A stretch of 64,000 nucleotides of DNA from the human T2T-CHM13v2.0 reference genome, Homo sapiens. Made by a program: the position numbers and the translations under genes. Shown here one piece after another: positions 19,101 through 39,279 of this stretch. How positions within the stretch are numbered: position 1 is the stretch's first letter; each line of letters starts with the position of its first letter. The stretch is from the NCBI RefSeq assembly GCF_009914755.1, contig NC_060934.1, one strand, 5' to 3'. The notes under the pieces are model-generated. The model was not told the DNA's origin. It did not search any database and worked only from the letters and a program-made list of their open reading frames with translations.

Positions 19101-19469
19101 AGGTGGGATGGCATGGGGCAGGCTGGGGAAGAGGAACGCCCACTGCCCAGGAGAGGCCTTGGTCCTGGGGGATTCTCCCTGTGTGTGGTCATTTCTTAAA
19201 GACTGCAGTGCTGTAGCTCCCCAAAACTTTCAGGAAATAAGATCACTCTGTGTGATTCAAATTGACAAAATAGTAGAGAAGGAACCAAAGTAGGAGATGG
19301 GTACCTTAAAGCTGAGGTTAAACTCTGCTGGCTTAGCCAGATCAGTCTGACATGTTTTATTTGGCCTGCAGAGAGTTAAAAAATGTTTTTTGAATAGATG
19401 ATATTTTATGTCTACGTGATTTCCCACCAAAAATACAGACTTTTGGCTCCTTGAAAAATCCCAGATCTA

Positions 19470-19772
<303 letters not shown>

Positions 19773-19856
19773 GAAAAATCCCAGATCTAACAACGTGAGG
19801 CCTGTGTTCCCACAACTATCCATGCTGTCTCCAGTTTGCTACTGAGCCCTCCCAAC

Positions 19857-20570
<714 letters not shown>

Positions 20571-20649
20571 CCACTCTTTTGCCTGACCCAGGGGATATTT
20601 GAAGCATTGCCTCCTGCTTTAAAGAGAGGGTGGATCTAAGACCTCACTG

Positions 20650-20918
20650 TTCATTTGGACTGTTGAGCACTTGGAATGGGCTGGTGCAATTGAGGGACTG
20701 AATTTTAAATCTGATTTCATTTGAATTAATTTAAACTTAAAAACCAGCAGTGTAAGCTATTTCATAAGCTGTTTTGGTGGGACTATATTTTATGGTAACC
20801 ATTGCATCCATAGAATAGTATGGTAGTGTATGTATTTTTCACTGTTTTTTAATATGGGTGCTAGAAAATTTAACATTCCACACATGGTTGATGTTCTGTT
20901 TCTCCTGGACAGTACTGG
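20650..20918. mobile_element. MER3/MER33-like hAT-Charlie MITE
   Basis: ttgagcacttggaatg...gaattttaaat...; terminus ctggacagtactg. Confidence 0.6.
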
Positions 20919-20961
20919 ACTGTGGCTTCTAGGACCTGGTCATGATTCTAAAGAATGTGTC

Positions 20962-21340
20962 TGTGGCAGACAGACTCTGGAGTGGGTCCCCATGAGCCCT
21001 TCCTTGTGACGTTCAGACCCTTATTTAATTCCCTTTCTTTGAGTATGGGCAGGACATGTGTCTTGCTGAAAACCAATAGACTATGGCAAATGCGATGGGC
21101 CATCACTCCTTGCTGACATTACGTCATGGTTTTGCCGGCAGGCTGAGCTTGGAAGCAGACCCTTCCCAAGACGAGCCTCCAGAGGAGAACCCAGCCCTGG
21201 CCAACACTTTGATCGCAGCCTTGAAGAGGACTCAGCTAAGCCCTGTCCAGGTTCCTGGCCCACAGAAACTGTGAGATAATCAGTGTAGGTGGTTTTAAGC
21301 CACTAAATGTGTAGTAATTTGTTATGCAGCAATAGAAAAC
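20962..21340 (+). mobile_element. MLT1 (ERVL-MaLR) LTR
   Basis: tgtggcagacagactct...ccagcc...aacac...gtaatttgttatgcagcaatagaaaac. Confidence 0.75.
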
Positions 21341-21362
21341 ACGTGGCCCGGAAGGGTTGGGG

Positions 21363-21912
<550 letters not shown>

Positions 21913-23067
21913 TTAGTTGGTGTCACTTAAGTATCCTGGTCCCGTGAATAAGCTGTTTCTCAGATGCTGACTGATGCGGCTTTGGTGCTGATTAGCTGAC
22001 TGTCCTTGGTGATGATTACTTTCATCCTACGTTGGTCTGCTTCAGGGAGAGGAAGTTCAGGTCCATCTGATTTTTGAAGGTAGACTCATTGTTTGTGAGA
22101 GTTAAGTGGCTGAGTCCAGGCCACTGGGGCATGGTTGAAGTTGGCCTTATCCTACTGCTTGCAGTGTGTTGGTGGTAGTTTTAATTAAATGTGCCATGGA
22201 ACAGATTGGGCCCCAGCCTCTGTCAGACAGATTAATCATAGTGGCTGACGGATCGGCGTATGCATGGAAAAATTTGCCAAAAACTTAATGATGTAGAAGC
22301 GAAAGGTAGAAATGGTTGGGAGATAATCCTCCATAGTTCTTGCACATCTTGCAAGCAGAGAAAATGACAGTGCTTTTTCTAGGCCGTCTTTTCCAGGATA
22401 TTTGTATGGCACACAACCTTGGGAGATACACATAGTGTCTCCTTCTGGAGCAAGGGACAGGTTTGTTTACATCCTTGGAAGATGGAGTTAGTGTCTCTCT
22501 TTAGAGCAAAGCGCAGGCAGGCTGACCGTGATGAAAGACTGAGAGATGGAGCTCAGGGCTCCTGTTTTGTTCTGCAGCTCACTGCCTTTGCCCTTGTCAC
22601 TTGCCCTTCTTATCTTCCCTGTGCTTGAGGAACTGGCACAGGAAATGATACTCTGGCTCCTGCTAACGCTGTGAGTAGCGTAGTTCTTTGTCTTGGAGCC
22701 ATGCCTCTGTGCCTTCTGTCAGCATTCCGGGAACTGTGGCCGGCTGACTTTTCAGCTTGCCTTCATAGGTCTTGACAGTTGTGTTGGATAGTAATAATAA
22801 AGTCAAAAAGTCGTTTCTTGTGGAACAAAAGTTAATCCACTTAGGACTAAACCTTTCCCAGAATAGGGGTGGAAGCCCATGTTTTTTCATTCCCTAGGGT
22901 CAGGGGCAGGGATTTTTGTTTTGTCGGATAAAATTATTCCCATTGATTTATAAAATACGTGTATCAACAAGCAGATCTTCCCAGGAGTGAGCTGATCACA
23001 CCTTTCGCAGCGGCTTACTGAATTCACCTTTTCTAGGCCTCAGTCTTATCTCTAAAATGAGAAAATT

Positions 23068-23410
<343 letters not shown>

Positions 23411-23479
23411 AAATTATATCTCTCTTAAAGGCCCTTCCAGCTACAGTGGCTCCAGGTGATGTGAAAAATACCATCCCTT

Positions 23480-23680
23480 TATTTATTCAATATGCTCTTA
23501 TCTTGTCCTTACTATGGGACAGGCACCAGTCTAAGTGCTTTTCAAATAACTCATTGAAACTAGGATGATACTAATAACCCCCTGCCATAGGTGAGGAGAC
23601 TGAGGCACAGAGAGATTAATTATTTGCCCAAGTTCATCCAGCAGGTGGCATAGCTGGGGTACAAACCTAGGCAACCTTTG
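23480..23680 (-). mobile_element. MIR
   Basis: gaggagactgaggcacagagagattaattatttgcccaag MIR core. Confidence 0.75.
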
Positions 23681-24866
23681 TGCTTGTGTCCGCCATGGTG
23701 TGCTGTCTCCCATCTTGTCACTGAACAATTGATTCAGTCTCTGCTGTGTGGGAAGCCCCTCCTGAGAATGCTGGAGGCCACAGGGGAGAATGAATCAGGT
23801 CCTTGTTCTCCAGGGTCTTGCACTAATGGAGAATTTTGTATTTTTCTCTCTCCATGTGTGTGTGCGTGTCCCACAGGAGGACTCCAGATTAAGCATTTGC
23901 ATGTAAGAATGTCTCATTAGAATGTGGAAGTCTACATTAAGTGTAGGTTAAAGAATTGGTTCCAGGTTTTTAGTTTGCTTATTTAAGATTGTTTAAATAA
24001 ACCTTAGCGTTCTAACCTGATGGTAGTAAACTAGGTCAGACTTCTGCAGGGAACTATAGAGACATACTTGGTCCAAAGTTCTACCTATTCAATACCTAAG
24101 ATTAATAAAATTGTGTATAGAAATTTAAGTAGTTATGCTGAATCACATCCCTTAAAAATGGTTTTTGTCAACCCTAATCCCCTTCATGTGTGTAAATTTA
24201 AGCTTCTCGCAGAAAATAATGGAATCTTTATTATCTGCTATTACACCAGGAGCAATCATTTTTGCAATATTCACTTTATAAATGTTGAGTGGGTGGCCAG
24301 TTCTACTTCACCGTATGCAAGCTGGGTCTCCAGAGCCCTGGAGAATCACACTCAGGAGCTTCAGGGGACAGGCTTTTCTGAAAGAACTACTTACTGAAGG
24401 CCAAGGGAACAGACACCCTCAACTGTCACCACCCTGGGCCCAAAGGAGCAAGCGTTCAGTGGCAAGTGTGTACAGTGATTGCTGGGCCTAGGAGGAGGGA
24501 TGGACTGACAGAGCTGAAACTGGCACAGTGAGTGGGAAAGAGGGACAAGGGAATCAACACCCTCGCTTCTCCTGCTGCCCGTTGGCCTCCTGCCAGTCCT
24601 CTCACTGGCCAAACCCAACTCGAATACAGAGTGATGGGGAAATATTGAGGACAGGGAGAGAAGTGGAGGAGAGCCAGCATGCTGGAGACATACTCAATTG
24701 AAGCAGGCATTGTCTAGCTCACCACCTGCAAAAACATTAAATTTTTCCTCTGGCAGTTATATTACCATGCCTATTATTTTATGAAAACCCAAAACATGTT
24801 CTAGGTTCTTTCGAGTTAATTTGCTGTGTACATTGCTAAGAATTTACATAAAGTACTGAATTTAAA

Positions 24867-24886
24867 TTATCAGTAGGTGGCGCTGC
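24867..24886 (+). promoter_or_regulatory. Candidate CTCF site
   Basis: tcagtaggtggcgctg matches the CTCF core (C)CAGYAGRKGGCRS apart from the first base, in unique sequence. Confidence 0.6.
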
Positions 24887-25469
24887 TGAGATTGACTCTT
24901 GAAAAATCCAAATTAGCCATTTAACGGAAGATGATCTAGACTTCAGACAGATTATTTGGGAAAAAACATAACGCTGCAGGACAGTTCATTTATGATTCAC
25001 TGTTTTCTCATGACATCTGGAATGCACCGATTTTTACAATTTTATTTCCTTAATATGTGGACCATTCTGGGTTTTCTCAACAATTAAAGAGCAGGGGCTG
25101 ATGTTTCTCTGCAGAATTAGAAGGATGGTCATGCTATAGGCCGTATGCTAGACGAGGGGTAGCTGTTGCCTTTATGTCTTAATTTTCTGTTAGAGATTCA
25201 CATAATGAATTATAATGTGGATCAAGATTTTTAAAATGGTTCAATTTGAATTTTCCGGAGAAGAGAATTAGATGCAGGGAACTTCAGAGCCACGTCTTCT
25301 GAAAGCATCAGAAGTGAGCCCCTGAGGGGCCATTTTCCTAGCAACCCTCAAGAAATAGAGTACTGCAGGCCTTTACCAATAGAAATAGGCCCATAAAAAT
25401 CCGGGAGTTGTGAAATGTTTAACCTGACATATGGATTTTAAAGATGCCCAAGTCCTCTATTTTCCAAAC

Positions 25470-25625
25470 GACATCAGAGGGGTACTTGGTAAAATACAGA
25501 TTCCCAGGCCTTTTGCCTGCAGATTCTGATTGAGTCAATCTGGGATGGGACTGGAAAGCTATAATTAGCAGGTGCCTCCCCACCCCCGCAGGAGTCCTTA
25601 GGTCACACTAGTTTGGGAAACACTG
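25470..25625. mobile_element. MER5-like hAT MITE
   Basis: aaaatacagattcccaggcc...agattctgatt...agtttgggaaacactg. Confidence 0.7.
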
Positions 25626-25778
25626 ATACTATGCAGCCTCCTCCTTTCCAACAAGTGTCTTCACCTACTTGGTGTAAAGCTTCACAGACATTCTGAGGTC
25701 ACAATTACCTTTGAAAATTGAGGAAAGCTAGGGACCCTTTCACTAGAAAAATACTCCTGCCCAGAGGTTTACGTATAA

Positions 25779-26109
<331 letters not shown>

Positions 26110-26671
26110 TAGAACTCTTTTCTGTAGCCTTTCTTATGAACCTCTATCCTAGAGTTGGTTTAAAACTCTCCAGCCTAGATTTCAAGGCTTCCCCTAATCT
26201 TGCCCCATCCTACCAGTTGAGCCTCTTGTCTCATTATTCCCATGATAGCCAGGAGCTGTGAAGAGGAACCAGTTATATTCCAAGTCAAAATCAAAGGAAC
26301 CTCTGTGCTTTCCTTTAAGCATATACGAGTCCTTTGCAATAGAGTGGAGTCTGTTAAGGAAACACACTAGGCAGGATTTTGTAGATTGTGGTCACTGGCA
26401 TCTTCCAGGGAGAAAAAAGATGATAAAAGTCACTGGTGATCTGCCAAGGCAGACGTTTCACTTCGCTTTCTTCTCTTCCCAAGGACACAGTGTCTGATTT
26501 GTAGAGCATCATTTTGGGCCCTGTCATGGCACAGCAGAAGTCATTCTTACAACCCCCTGGTGAGCCACAGGGGCTTACTTCAGACTCCACCAGAGTCTTG
26601 CTGAAATATCTGTTAGCATCAGTAGGCTTGGATCCTACCAGCAATTAGAGTTGTCCAGTCACTCAAAAAAA

Positions 26672-26803
26672 TTTTTGTTTTTTTAAAAGAGACAGGGTCT
26701 TGCCATGTTGCCCAGGCTGGTCTTGAACTCCTAGGCTCAAGTGATCCTCCCACCTCAGCCTCTTAAGTAGCTGAGCCTATAGGGGCACACCACCATACCC
26801 GGC
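26672..26803 (-). mobile_element. FLAM / Alu monomer
   Basis: Single monomer gagacagggtcttgccatgttgcccagg...cccggct. Confidence 0.8.
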
Positions 26804-27306
26804 TCCCAGTCATCCAAATATTTTAAATTATTGAGACTAGTAGGTTTATTACTAGCCTGAATCAATCCATCAACAGTCTGATGCTGGCCTTGTACTGTAA
26901 GTCCAAAGTATTATTGTTATTACAGAGGAGGGTCATATAGATTAATTTAAATACCTTAAGTCAGATCATACATAAATGTTGAAAATAGAAGTCATACCTG
27001 GGCCACTACCTCTTTGGTGGTGATTTAAACCATTACATTTTGTTTACTTCTGTACTTACGATGATGACTAGGTGTTTACATTAAATTGGCTTATCCATGC
27101 TTAAATAATATAGGAACAAAAAATATACTCAAATGGCAAGACACAGTTTTAAAAAATATACATGCAAACAGTTTAAAAGTGTAACTAATTGTTGGTATGT
27201 ATGATGTTTTCATTTAATTCCCATTGTTTCATTTTAACAATGATATAAAGGTCAAAATAGAATTTAGCAGATGTTTAACCACTAGAAGGATCTAACATTG
27301 AGTAAG

Positions 27307-27860
27307 TGGACAGAAAACAGTTAACTGAGCAGGCTGGACTGCTGTCTTTTGAAAGGCCTGTTTACAAAGTTGGCCCTTGGCTGGCGTCTGGGAACTTAAA
27401 TTTCGGGAGGGTTCCCACAATTCCCAGAATTGATAAGAGTGGCTCACTGTGCCTAAATGATTTGCGTCAATGATGTGGTTTATGCTGAACACCTGCTTGC
27501 CTTCTGGGAGTCTGGAATTTTGGTGGGTTCCAGGCAGAATGTGCCTTGGCGACCAGCGCCCCGTAAAAACCATGGGCACCGAGTCACTGAGGAGCTTTCC
27601 TGGTGGCAACATTTCATGTGTTGTCATGGCCCATTGCTGCGGGAACTCAACAGGTCCTGTTTGACTCAACTGGGAGAGGACTTGTGCAAACTGGTACCCT
27701 GTTTCCCATGGACTTCATCACCTGTGCCATTTCCCTTTGCTGATTTTCCTTCAAGTTCTTTCAGTGTAAAAAATCATAGCCCTGAGTACAATCATATCTG
27801 ACTCCTGTGATTCCTACACATTTATTGAAACGGGTGGTGGTCTTGGGATTCCCCCAACAC
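27307..27860 (+). mobile_element. MER21-like LTR
   Basis: gaaaggcctgtttacaaagttggcccttggctggcgtctgggaactt; end ggtggtggtcttgggattcccccaacaca. Confidence 0.7.
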
Positions 27861-28075
27861 AAGATACTGTCACCACCTTTAAGGAAGTAAAATGAATAAG
27901 AGAAATATGCATGTGAAACTATAGCACAAGGTTAGAATGTAAGTATGATAAGAAGAAATAGGGACCAATACTGCTTGCAGCTGGGTAATTAGATCTGGTC
28001 TTTGGTTATCTCAGTGTTTTGTAGCAAATTTAGTGTATTTCCATTAGGACCTTTGAAAGAATCCAGCTAGACTAG

Positions 28076-28489
28076 TGTTGAATGAAATTTATGGGAGGCC
28101 ATTATTTTGATCTAGGCTCCCAGCAGATCAGACTAAACCCAAATGCAGTCACCAGTTGAAAGTTGAAAGTGCCATGTCATCAAATTGAACTTTGAGAAGT
28201 TTTCCAAACACCTGGAGATTTATAGCAGCCAATCAGAAGGGGCCCAGTGTACCTGAGCCAACATGCTAAGGAGGCCCCCTCTGATGTAAACTTATAAAGT
28301 AATTATTAAAAGACCATATCTGCTATTCGTTTCTTATTTCTGCTTTCTTCAGCCCTTTTCTGTCTATACAGCCAGTCTCTTCTGCTCTACTCGTCAAGGT
28401 TTTTATACTATTTTATAGAATGAGATGCTGTCCTGATTCATGAATTGCAATAAATGTCTGCTCAATTTTTAAATGAATTTTATTGTAAT

Positions 28490-28490
<1 letters not shown>
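28076..28490 (+). mobile_element. MER57-like ERV1 LTR
   Basis: tgttgaatgaaatttatgggaggccatt...agccaatcag (CCAAT)...gcaataaa. Confidence 0.55.
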
Positions 28491-29431
<941 letters not shown>

Positions 29432-29986
29432 TCAGTTTGAGGGAGACAGGCAAGTAACATAAAAGTAAAATATTATGTTAGATAGTGTTACATGATAAAA
29501 ATGAGGCAGAAAGAGGGATAGGAAGCTGGGGGAGTTGATGAAATTTTAGATAAATTATCTCATGAGAAGATGTCACTTAAGACCTGAAGAACGGGAGGCG
29601 GTTGGCTTTTTGGATATCTCTGGGGAGTTTTCCAGGCCAAGAGAATAACAGGGCAAAGTCTAACAGAAGCCTTTATGCTTGGTGTGTTTGAAGAATATTG
29701 AGGAGGACAAGGAGAGAGGAAATTTAGTCAGAGAGAGAGGTGGTAGGGGAGAGATCGTGGAAGGCCTGGAAAATTATGGTGAAGCCTAGGGCTTTGATCT
29801 AAGTGGCTTTTGAGATGAGCTCTGACGTACCTCACTAAATATCAAACTAAATGAGCCAAATTTACATAGTTCAAGATGGCGTATGATCCTCCACAAGACT
29901 CACAACTTAATAGCCTAAATTTTAAAAAGGAATAATTAAGGTTGGAAGATTTCAAGCCTATAATATCTTTTAAAATATCAACTCAA

Positions 29987-30545
29987 GGCCAGGCACATTG
30001 GCTCACACCTGCAATCCCAGCACTTTGGGAGGCCGAGGCAGGCAGATCACTTGAGGTCAGGAGTTTGAGACCAGCCTGGCCAACATGGTGAAACCCCGTC
30101 TCTACTAAAAATACAAAATTAGTCGGGCATGGTGGTGCATGCCTATAATCCCAGCTATTCGGGAGGTTGAGGCAGGAGAATCGCTTGAACCCCGGAGTTA
30201 GAGGTTGCAGTCAGCCGAGATCGCGCCACCGCACTCCAGTCTGGACAACAGAGTGAAACCGTGTCCCAAAAAAATACATACGTATATGTGGGTATAAACT
30301 CAAAAATTGTGATGAAAACAGAACAAAACCAAACCTGCGCCACCCAGTGGAGTAAGGAAGCACTGCATACAGGCAGATCACTCAGAATTTTTTTTTTTTT
30401 TTTTTCTTGAGACGGATTTTTGCTCTTTTTGCCCAGGCTGGAGTGCAATGGCGCGATCTTGGCTCACCACTCCCGACCTCAGGTGATCCGCCCGCCTTGG
30501 CCTCCCAAAATGCTGGAATTACAGGCATGAGCCACCGCACCCGGC
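29987..30545. mobile_element. AluS(+) 29987-30274 and internally deleted Alu(-) 30387-30545
   Basis: The second Alu jumps ggctcaccac|tcccgacctc, lacking its central part. Confidence 0.85.
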
Positions 30546-31118
30546 TAGAAATTTTAACTTTTATCTACAGTGATCACATTAACTGCACAATTATCATTTT
30601 TGCTTACTTTGTGAATATATGGTGGGCAGGACTACTAATAGTTATTTTAAGATATTTTAAGTTACGTACGGAAGAATTGGAGAGTTGCAAACTTATTAAG
30701 TCCTCAACAGTGAAGATGTGGGAAATTTAGTTTAAAGCATCCTTGTGAACTTTGGGATGAATTTATGCTAATTGATTAGGCCTGAACCTACATTTTTGTC
30801 TGTTTAAATTTGTTACTCTGGAATACCAAAAGGCTAACTTGTTTTAGTCCCTTGAAAAATAAAATTTGAGAATTGTTGCAAACAGTGAAGGGACTTCCTT
30901 TTTTCCTTTAATACAGTTTTTTAAAAATTTCTAGCTCATTTACACATTACCACACACACAATTTGTGTGATGACTACATAGTGGAGTCGGAAATTTTAAT
31001 TCACTTTCTTTCCCTTTTAAGATCTGGGAAATTTTAATGGAATGACATTTTAAGGGAGCATAATTTTTTTTTTAAGTAAGGATTTCCTATACATTTTGTT
31101 AATTTCAAGAACAGAGTC

Positions 31119-31435
31119 GGCCAGGCGTGGTGGCTCACACCTGTAATCCCAGCACTTTGGGAGGCCCAGGAGGGCAGATCACAAGGTCAGGAGATCGAGA
31201 CCATCCTGGCTAACACGGTGAAACCCCGTCTCTACTAAAAATACAAAAATTTAGCTGGGCTTGGTGGTGGGCACCTGTAGTCCCAGCTACTCAGGAGGCT
31301 GAGGCAGGAGAATGGCCTGAACCCAGGAAGCGGAGCTTGCAGTGAGCTGAGATTGCGCCACTGCACTCCAGCCTGGGTGACACAGCGAGACTCCGTCTCA
31401 AGAAACAAAAACAAAAACAAAAAAAAAAACAACAA
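31119..31435 (+). mobile_element. AluY/Sc
   Basis: gagatcgagaccatcctggctaacacgg; flanking agagtc repeat. Confidence 0.9.
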
Positions 31436-33169
31436 TAGAGTCACCAGTTATAAAAGGGCCACAAAAGTGAATACACTGTCACCTTTGCTTTTACAAAGTT
31501 GCTTATTTGATAGCCAAACAGATGAAATAATACTTTTTCCTATAGTATATATTTAGCATAATCTGGACTATGATAGCATGAAATTGGTCAAGGGGGCTTA
31601 TATCAGATAGTAATATCATCTTACTAAATTCTCTTCAAGTGATTGATTGGTCATGCCTGCGTGCGATGATCAGCAACTCTGGAAATTTCAAATAATCAGT
31701 AAACCAGGCCCCGGAACCTACTTTCACTTCTTCCCTAGGCTCTATGTACATTCAGCTCCATCCCAAGAGCAGTTTCACTGCCACTAGCTCCTGTCTTTTT
31801 GCACATCATAAGATCACAGGAAACAAACCACGGATATGCCAGAACATTCCTGGCAGTTTGTACATTGTGTTTCACAGACCCTACACTGAAAACAATGAGC
31901 AAACCTTGAGATTACAAATGATCTTCCTAACAATTTTAGAGACTCGATTTTTGACTTCCTGCCTGCAGGAAGGAAATGACAGTTGGAAGTGTGGAGAACA
32001 GGTGTTCCCCTGCACAGAATGATATCTTCTGCTTACTAAAATAAAAAACACTGCATCAACACTCCTACATGGAAGTGAACTCTAACCACAAGGCTCAGTC
32101 TTTTCACCACGGATCCAGCTTCAGAAACCCAAATCTGTTTCCTACCAGGAAGCTGTTAAACCCAGCATTAAAGAGCAAAGTAAGGCGCAGAGTTCCTCGA
32201 ATCAGTACTGGGTTAATCCAAGTAAAGAATCTGGGTGGTTTGAAAATGTCCCCTTCCATGTCTTTCCAGTTACCACAGTACAACTGCATGGCACACTTAT
32301 CAGAGGACTTAGAAGGGCAGGAATCAGGATTGGAGTAAACGGGTCCCAGCTGAAGGGTAGGTAGGTGATCTTAAACCCTCTTTCATCTCCCGTTGTCTTT
32401 GTCTCCAAGTCAGGGGTCTGGGATTATTTCCTCCCAGTAGCTTAGTGTTGGCATAATAGCTTTCTTTTTCTTTGCCAAGGTCGCTAGTTGCTCTATCCCT
32501 CATGAAGGAACCTTCGCTGCTTCATAATCCTTTCTGTGAAACTCAGGCAAATGACACCTTAAAAGGGCTGAAGACTCTGACATAATTGAAGGCCATGCCT
32601 CGGGTCAGAGAAATACCAGACAGTCCTCTCCAGTCTCCTTCATTAATGGTGCAAACCCATTAGGGCGTGTGCATTTTCTGAGGGCCCACAGATTGGAGAA
32701 GGCTGGGGAAATATTGTAGCACTCCTATCTATGAAGCCGTGGTGAATGCTTGAAAAGGGTCATAGTCTTTTTCAACAGGCATCACGAGATTAATCAGTTC
32801 TGCAATCCACAGCGACTTTGTCTTTTCTCTTTTACCTTGAGACCCCAAGGAGCCATGCTGTGGAGAAAGAGATCTGGTAGCTTTATTTGGAGCCAAGCAT
32901 TGCAAGGGTAAGGAGGAGCGAGCGAGGAAATTGAAGCCTGTAGACTGAGTGAGTAGATTGAATTGAGACTCATAGAACATGATTTCTCCTTCTGAAATGT
33001 CAGCGTGGGAGACAGCTCACTCTCCCTTGGAATAAAAAAAGAGTTAACCATGATCAAATCCCTTCACATTCCTTCTGCTGCCTACTTCTGTCTATTTTTT
33101 TTTCTCTGCCGTATTCTTATTTCTTTAATTTTTTTTTCTAATTTTTATTCCTAACTCACCACTTCTCTC

Positions 33170-34898
<1,729 letters not shown>

Positions 34899-35890
34899 GA
34901 ACAATTTTTCAAAGGAAATATTATTACACTATACAGAGAAAATTGCTGTAGCAATATACAGCTACCGCTTTGAGTCAACAGAAAGACTGATACAAAGCTT
35001 ACCTCCTCTGAGAAGGCTTCTCTGATAAACTGTGAGTTTTTTCCATCCTTTCCCCTGTATTTTCTGGTAATTTTCCATGGGGTTTCTGAATGGTATTTGG
35101 CCTCTGCTCATAAACACACTCCTTTGTCTTATTCTCAAGCCCTTTCTCTAGCAAAGAAGAAAGACCACCTTTTGTAAGGGCACATGTGAGCTGGAAAGTT
35201 CAACAACTCAGACACCTGTAAAGACTGGTCTTTCTTGGCATGCTTGCTTCTCCCTGTTGATCTGTCCTAGCCTTCTCACTCCCAGGTTCCTTGCTCAACT
35301 CACTCTTCTATTCCCTCCCCGCCTGGCTTCTATTTGTTCATTCATCAGATAGAATTGACAACATGCCAGGAGTGGAGGTTCCAGCCCGTAGAGTTTGGCT
35401 TGCTCTAATTCTGACTCAAACTCATGACCTTCTTTAGCTCCACTTACCAAATTCTCCCCATGTTTCTGAGTTCAAATTCCTAAGGGTGAGAATCCGATTG
35501 ACCTGGTTTGTGCCAGGCTACACATAGATGGCTGGACACTCTATGGCCCAGGACCCATTCATTCAAGAAGATGTGGCTGAAGAAGGGAGATGGACTGTGG
35601 GCAGGTCACCCTTCCCAGTCCTAACTCGCCCAGAGTACTTACTCCACCAGTGTCCTCGGGTCTTTGCGGGGCACTTGTGTTATCTCCCTAAGCAGAACGT
35701 GAGTTAACAGGGACTGCCGTGATCTGCACGCAGGAAGTGTTCAAAGGACAATGCGAACACATGCAACTGTTTCTTTACATGGAGTTGGACTTGTGGCAGG
35801 CAGAAAGTGAGAATCACAGCCTTCCTCCTAAAGAAACCACAGCCAGTGACCAGGGCATTCCAGGAGGTAGAAAACACTGGTCACAGGTCA

Positions 35891-37824
<1,934 letters not shown>

Positions 37825-38189
37825 CCCCAAACTATTTTTCTAACATTGCCTCCTCCTGTTTCCTGCTGTGCCACACCAGATTTTCACTAACCCCTGCAGC
37901 CTCCTTGGCTGTGTCTGAAATGTCACCGACACCACAGTGCCCCCGTCCATCCTGACCGTGCTTATGTGCCCATCCTCTTCCCACAACCCCAAGGTGAAGC
38001 AAGGTGAAGTTCACCTGTGTCCCTGTAGCACTTCATTTACACTCTTCTGGCCTTGGTTTTTTGTTGTGGTTCCTCATTTTATCTCCTCCATTGGACCTCA
38101 AGCACTTTCAGAACAGGAACTGCTGTCATTCATTCATCTTCACACCCTAACACATACTAAAATGCTCATTGTAAGTGCTCTAGTATGTT

Positions 38190-38820
38190 TTTCTTTTCTT
38201 TTTTTTTTTTTTTTTTTGAGAAGGTGTCTTGCTCTGTTGCCTAGGCTGGAGTGCAGTGGCATGATCTCAGCTCACTGCAACCTCAGCCTCCTTGGTTGAA
38301 GTGATTCTTCTGCCTTAGCCTCCCAAGTAGCTGGATTACAGGCATGTGCCACCACGCCCCTCTAATTTTTGCTTTTTTTTTTTTTTTTTGAGACGGAGTT
38401 TCGCTCTTGTTGCCCAGGCTAGATTGTAATGGTGCAATCTCGGTTCACTGCAACCTCCGCACCTCCCAGATTCAAGCGATTCTCGTGCCTCAGCCTCCCA
38501 AGTAGCTGGGATTACAGGCATGCACCACCACACCCGTCTAATTTTGTATTTTTTTCGTTTTTTGTGCAGATGGGGTTTCACCATGTTGGTCAGGCTGATC
38601 TTGAACTCCTGACCTCAGGTGATCTGCCTGCTTCAGCCTCCCAAAGTGCTGGGATTACGGGTGTGGGCCACCGTGCCTGGCCTTAATTTTTGTATTTTTT
38701 AGTAGAGACGAGGTTTCACCATGTTGGCCAGGCTGGTCTCGAACTCCTGACCTCAGGTGATCTGCCCGCTTCAGCCTCCCAAAGTGCTGGGATTACAGGT
38801 GTGAGCCACCATGCCCGGTC
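38190..38820 (-). mobile_element. Nested Alus: a full AluSq/Sp (~38371-38682) inserted into the linker of an AluS
   Basis: Outer right arm, then taatttttg, whole inner Alu, taatttttg again, then outer left arm. Confidence 0.85.
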
Positions 38821-39279
38821 TCAAGTATGTTTTTCAAAGGAAGGATATTCATGGAGACAATTGTCATTCTTTAAACATTTGATATGCATTTGAGCTAGTC
38901 ACAGATAGCTGTTAATGTGTAAATCTTGATAACAGGCTTCTAATGTCACCATTTCAGTTTCCTGTGCAGCAAAACAAAAATAACATTAATTTGTGTTATA
39001 TGGCAACTAATGCACAATAATGAATAAATATCTTAAGTATTAGGGAGAATCCTGGTTAGAAAGTTGATAAAGTGAATTCAAACTCCCTTTTCAAGCACTT
39101 GAAAGGGAGGGATGGTTTTCCAAGATGAAGACTTAGGTTTGAGTATCTCCCTTTGCCTGAATTTGCTTTTATGTAAAAATAGAGGGTTGGATTCTATCTA
39201 TTCCCCTTTAACTCTAAAATTATATTATTCCAGCAGTTTTACTTAACAAGAATTGACTATCACACAAATGGTTTTGTGC

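Noticed and set aside
22236-22890. Possible LTR remnant (tgtctccttctggagcaagggacagg) and overlapping ORFs
   Set aside because: Too degenerate to assign family or boundaries; the ORFs have no coding signature
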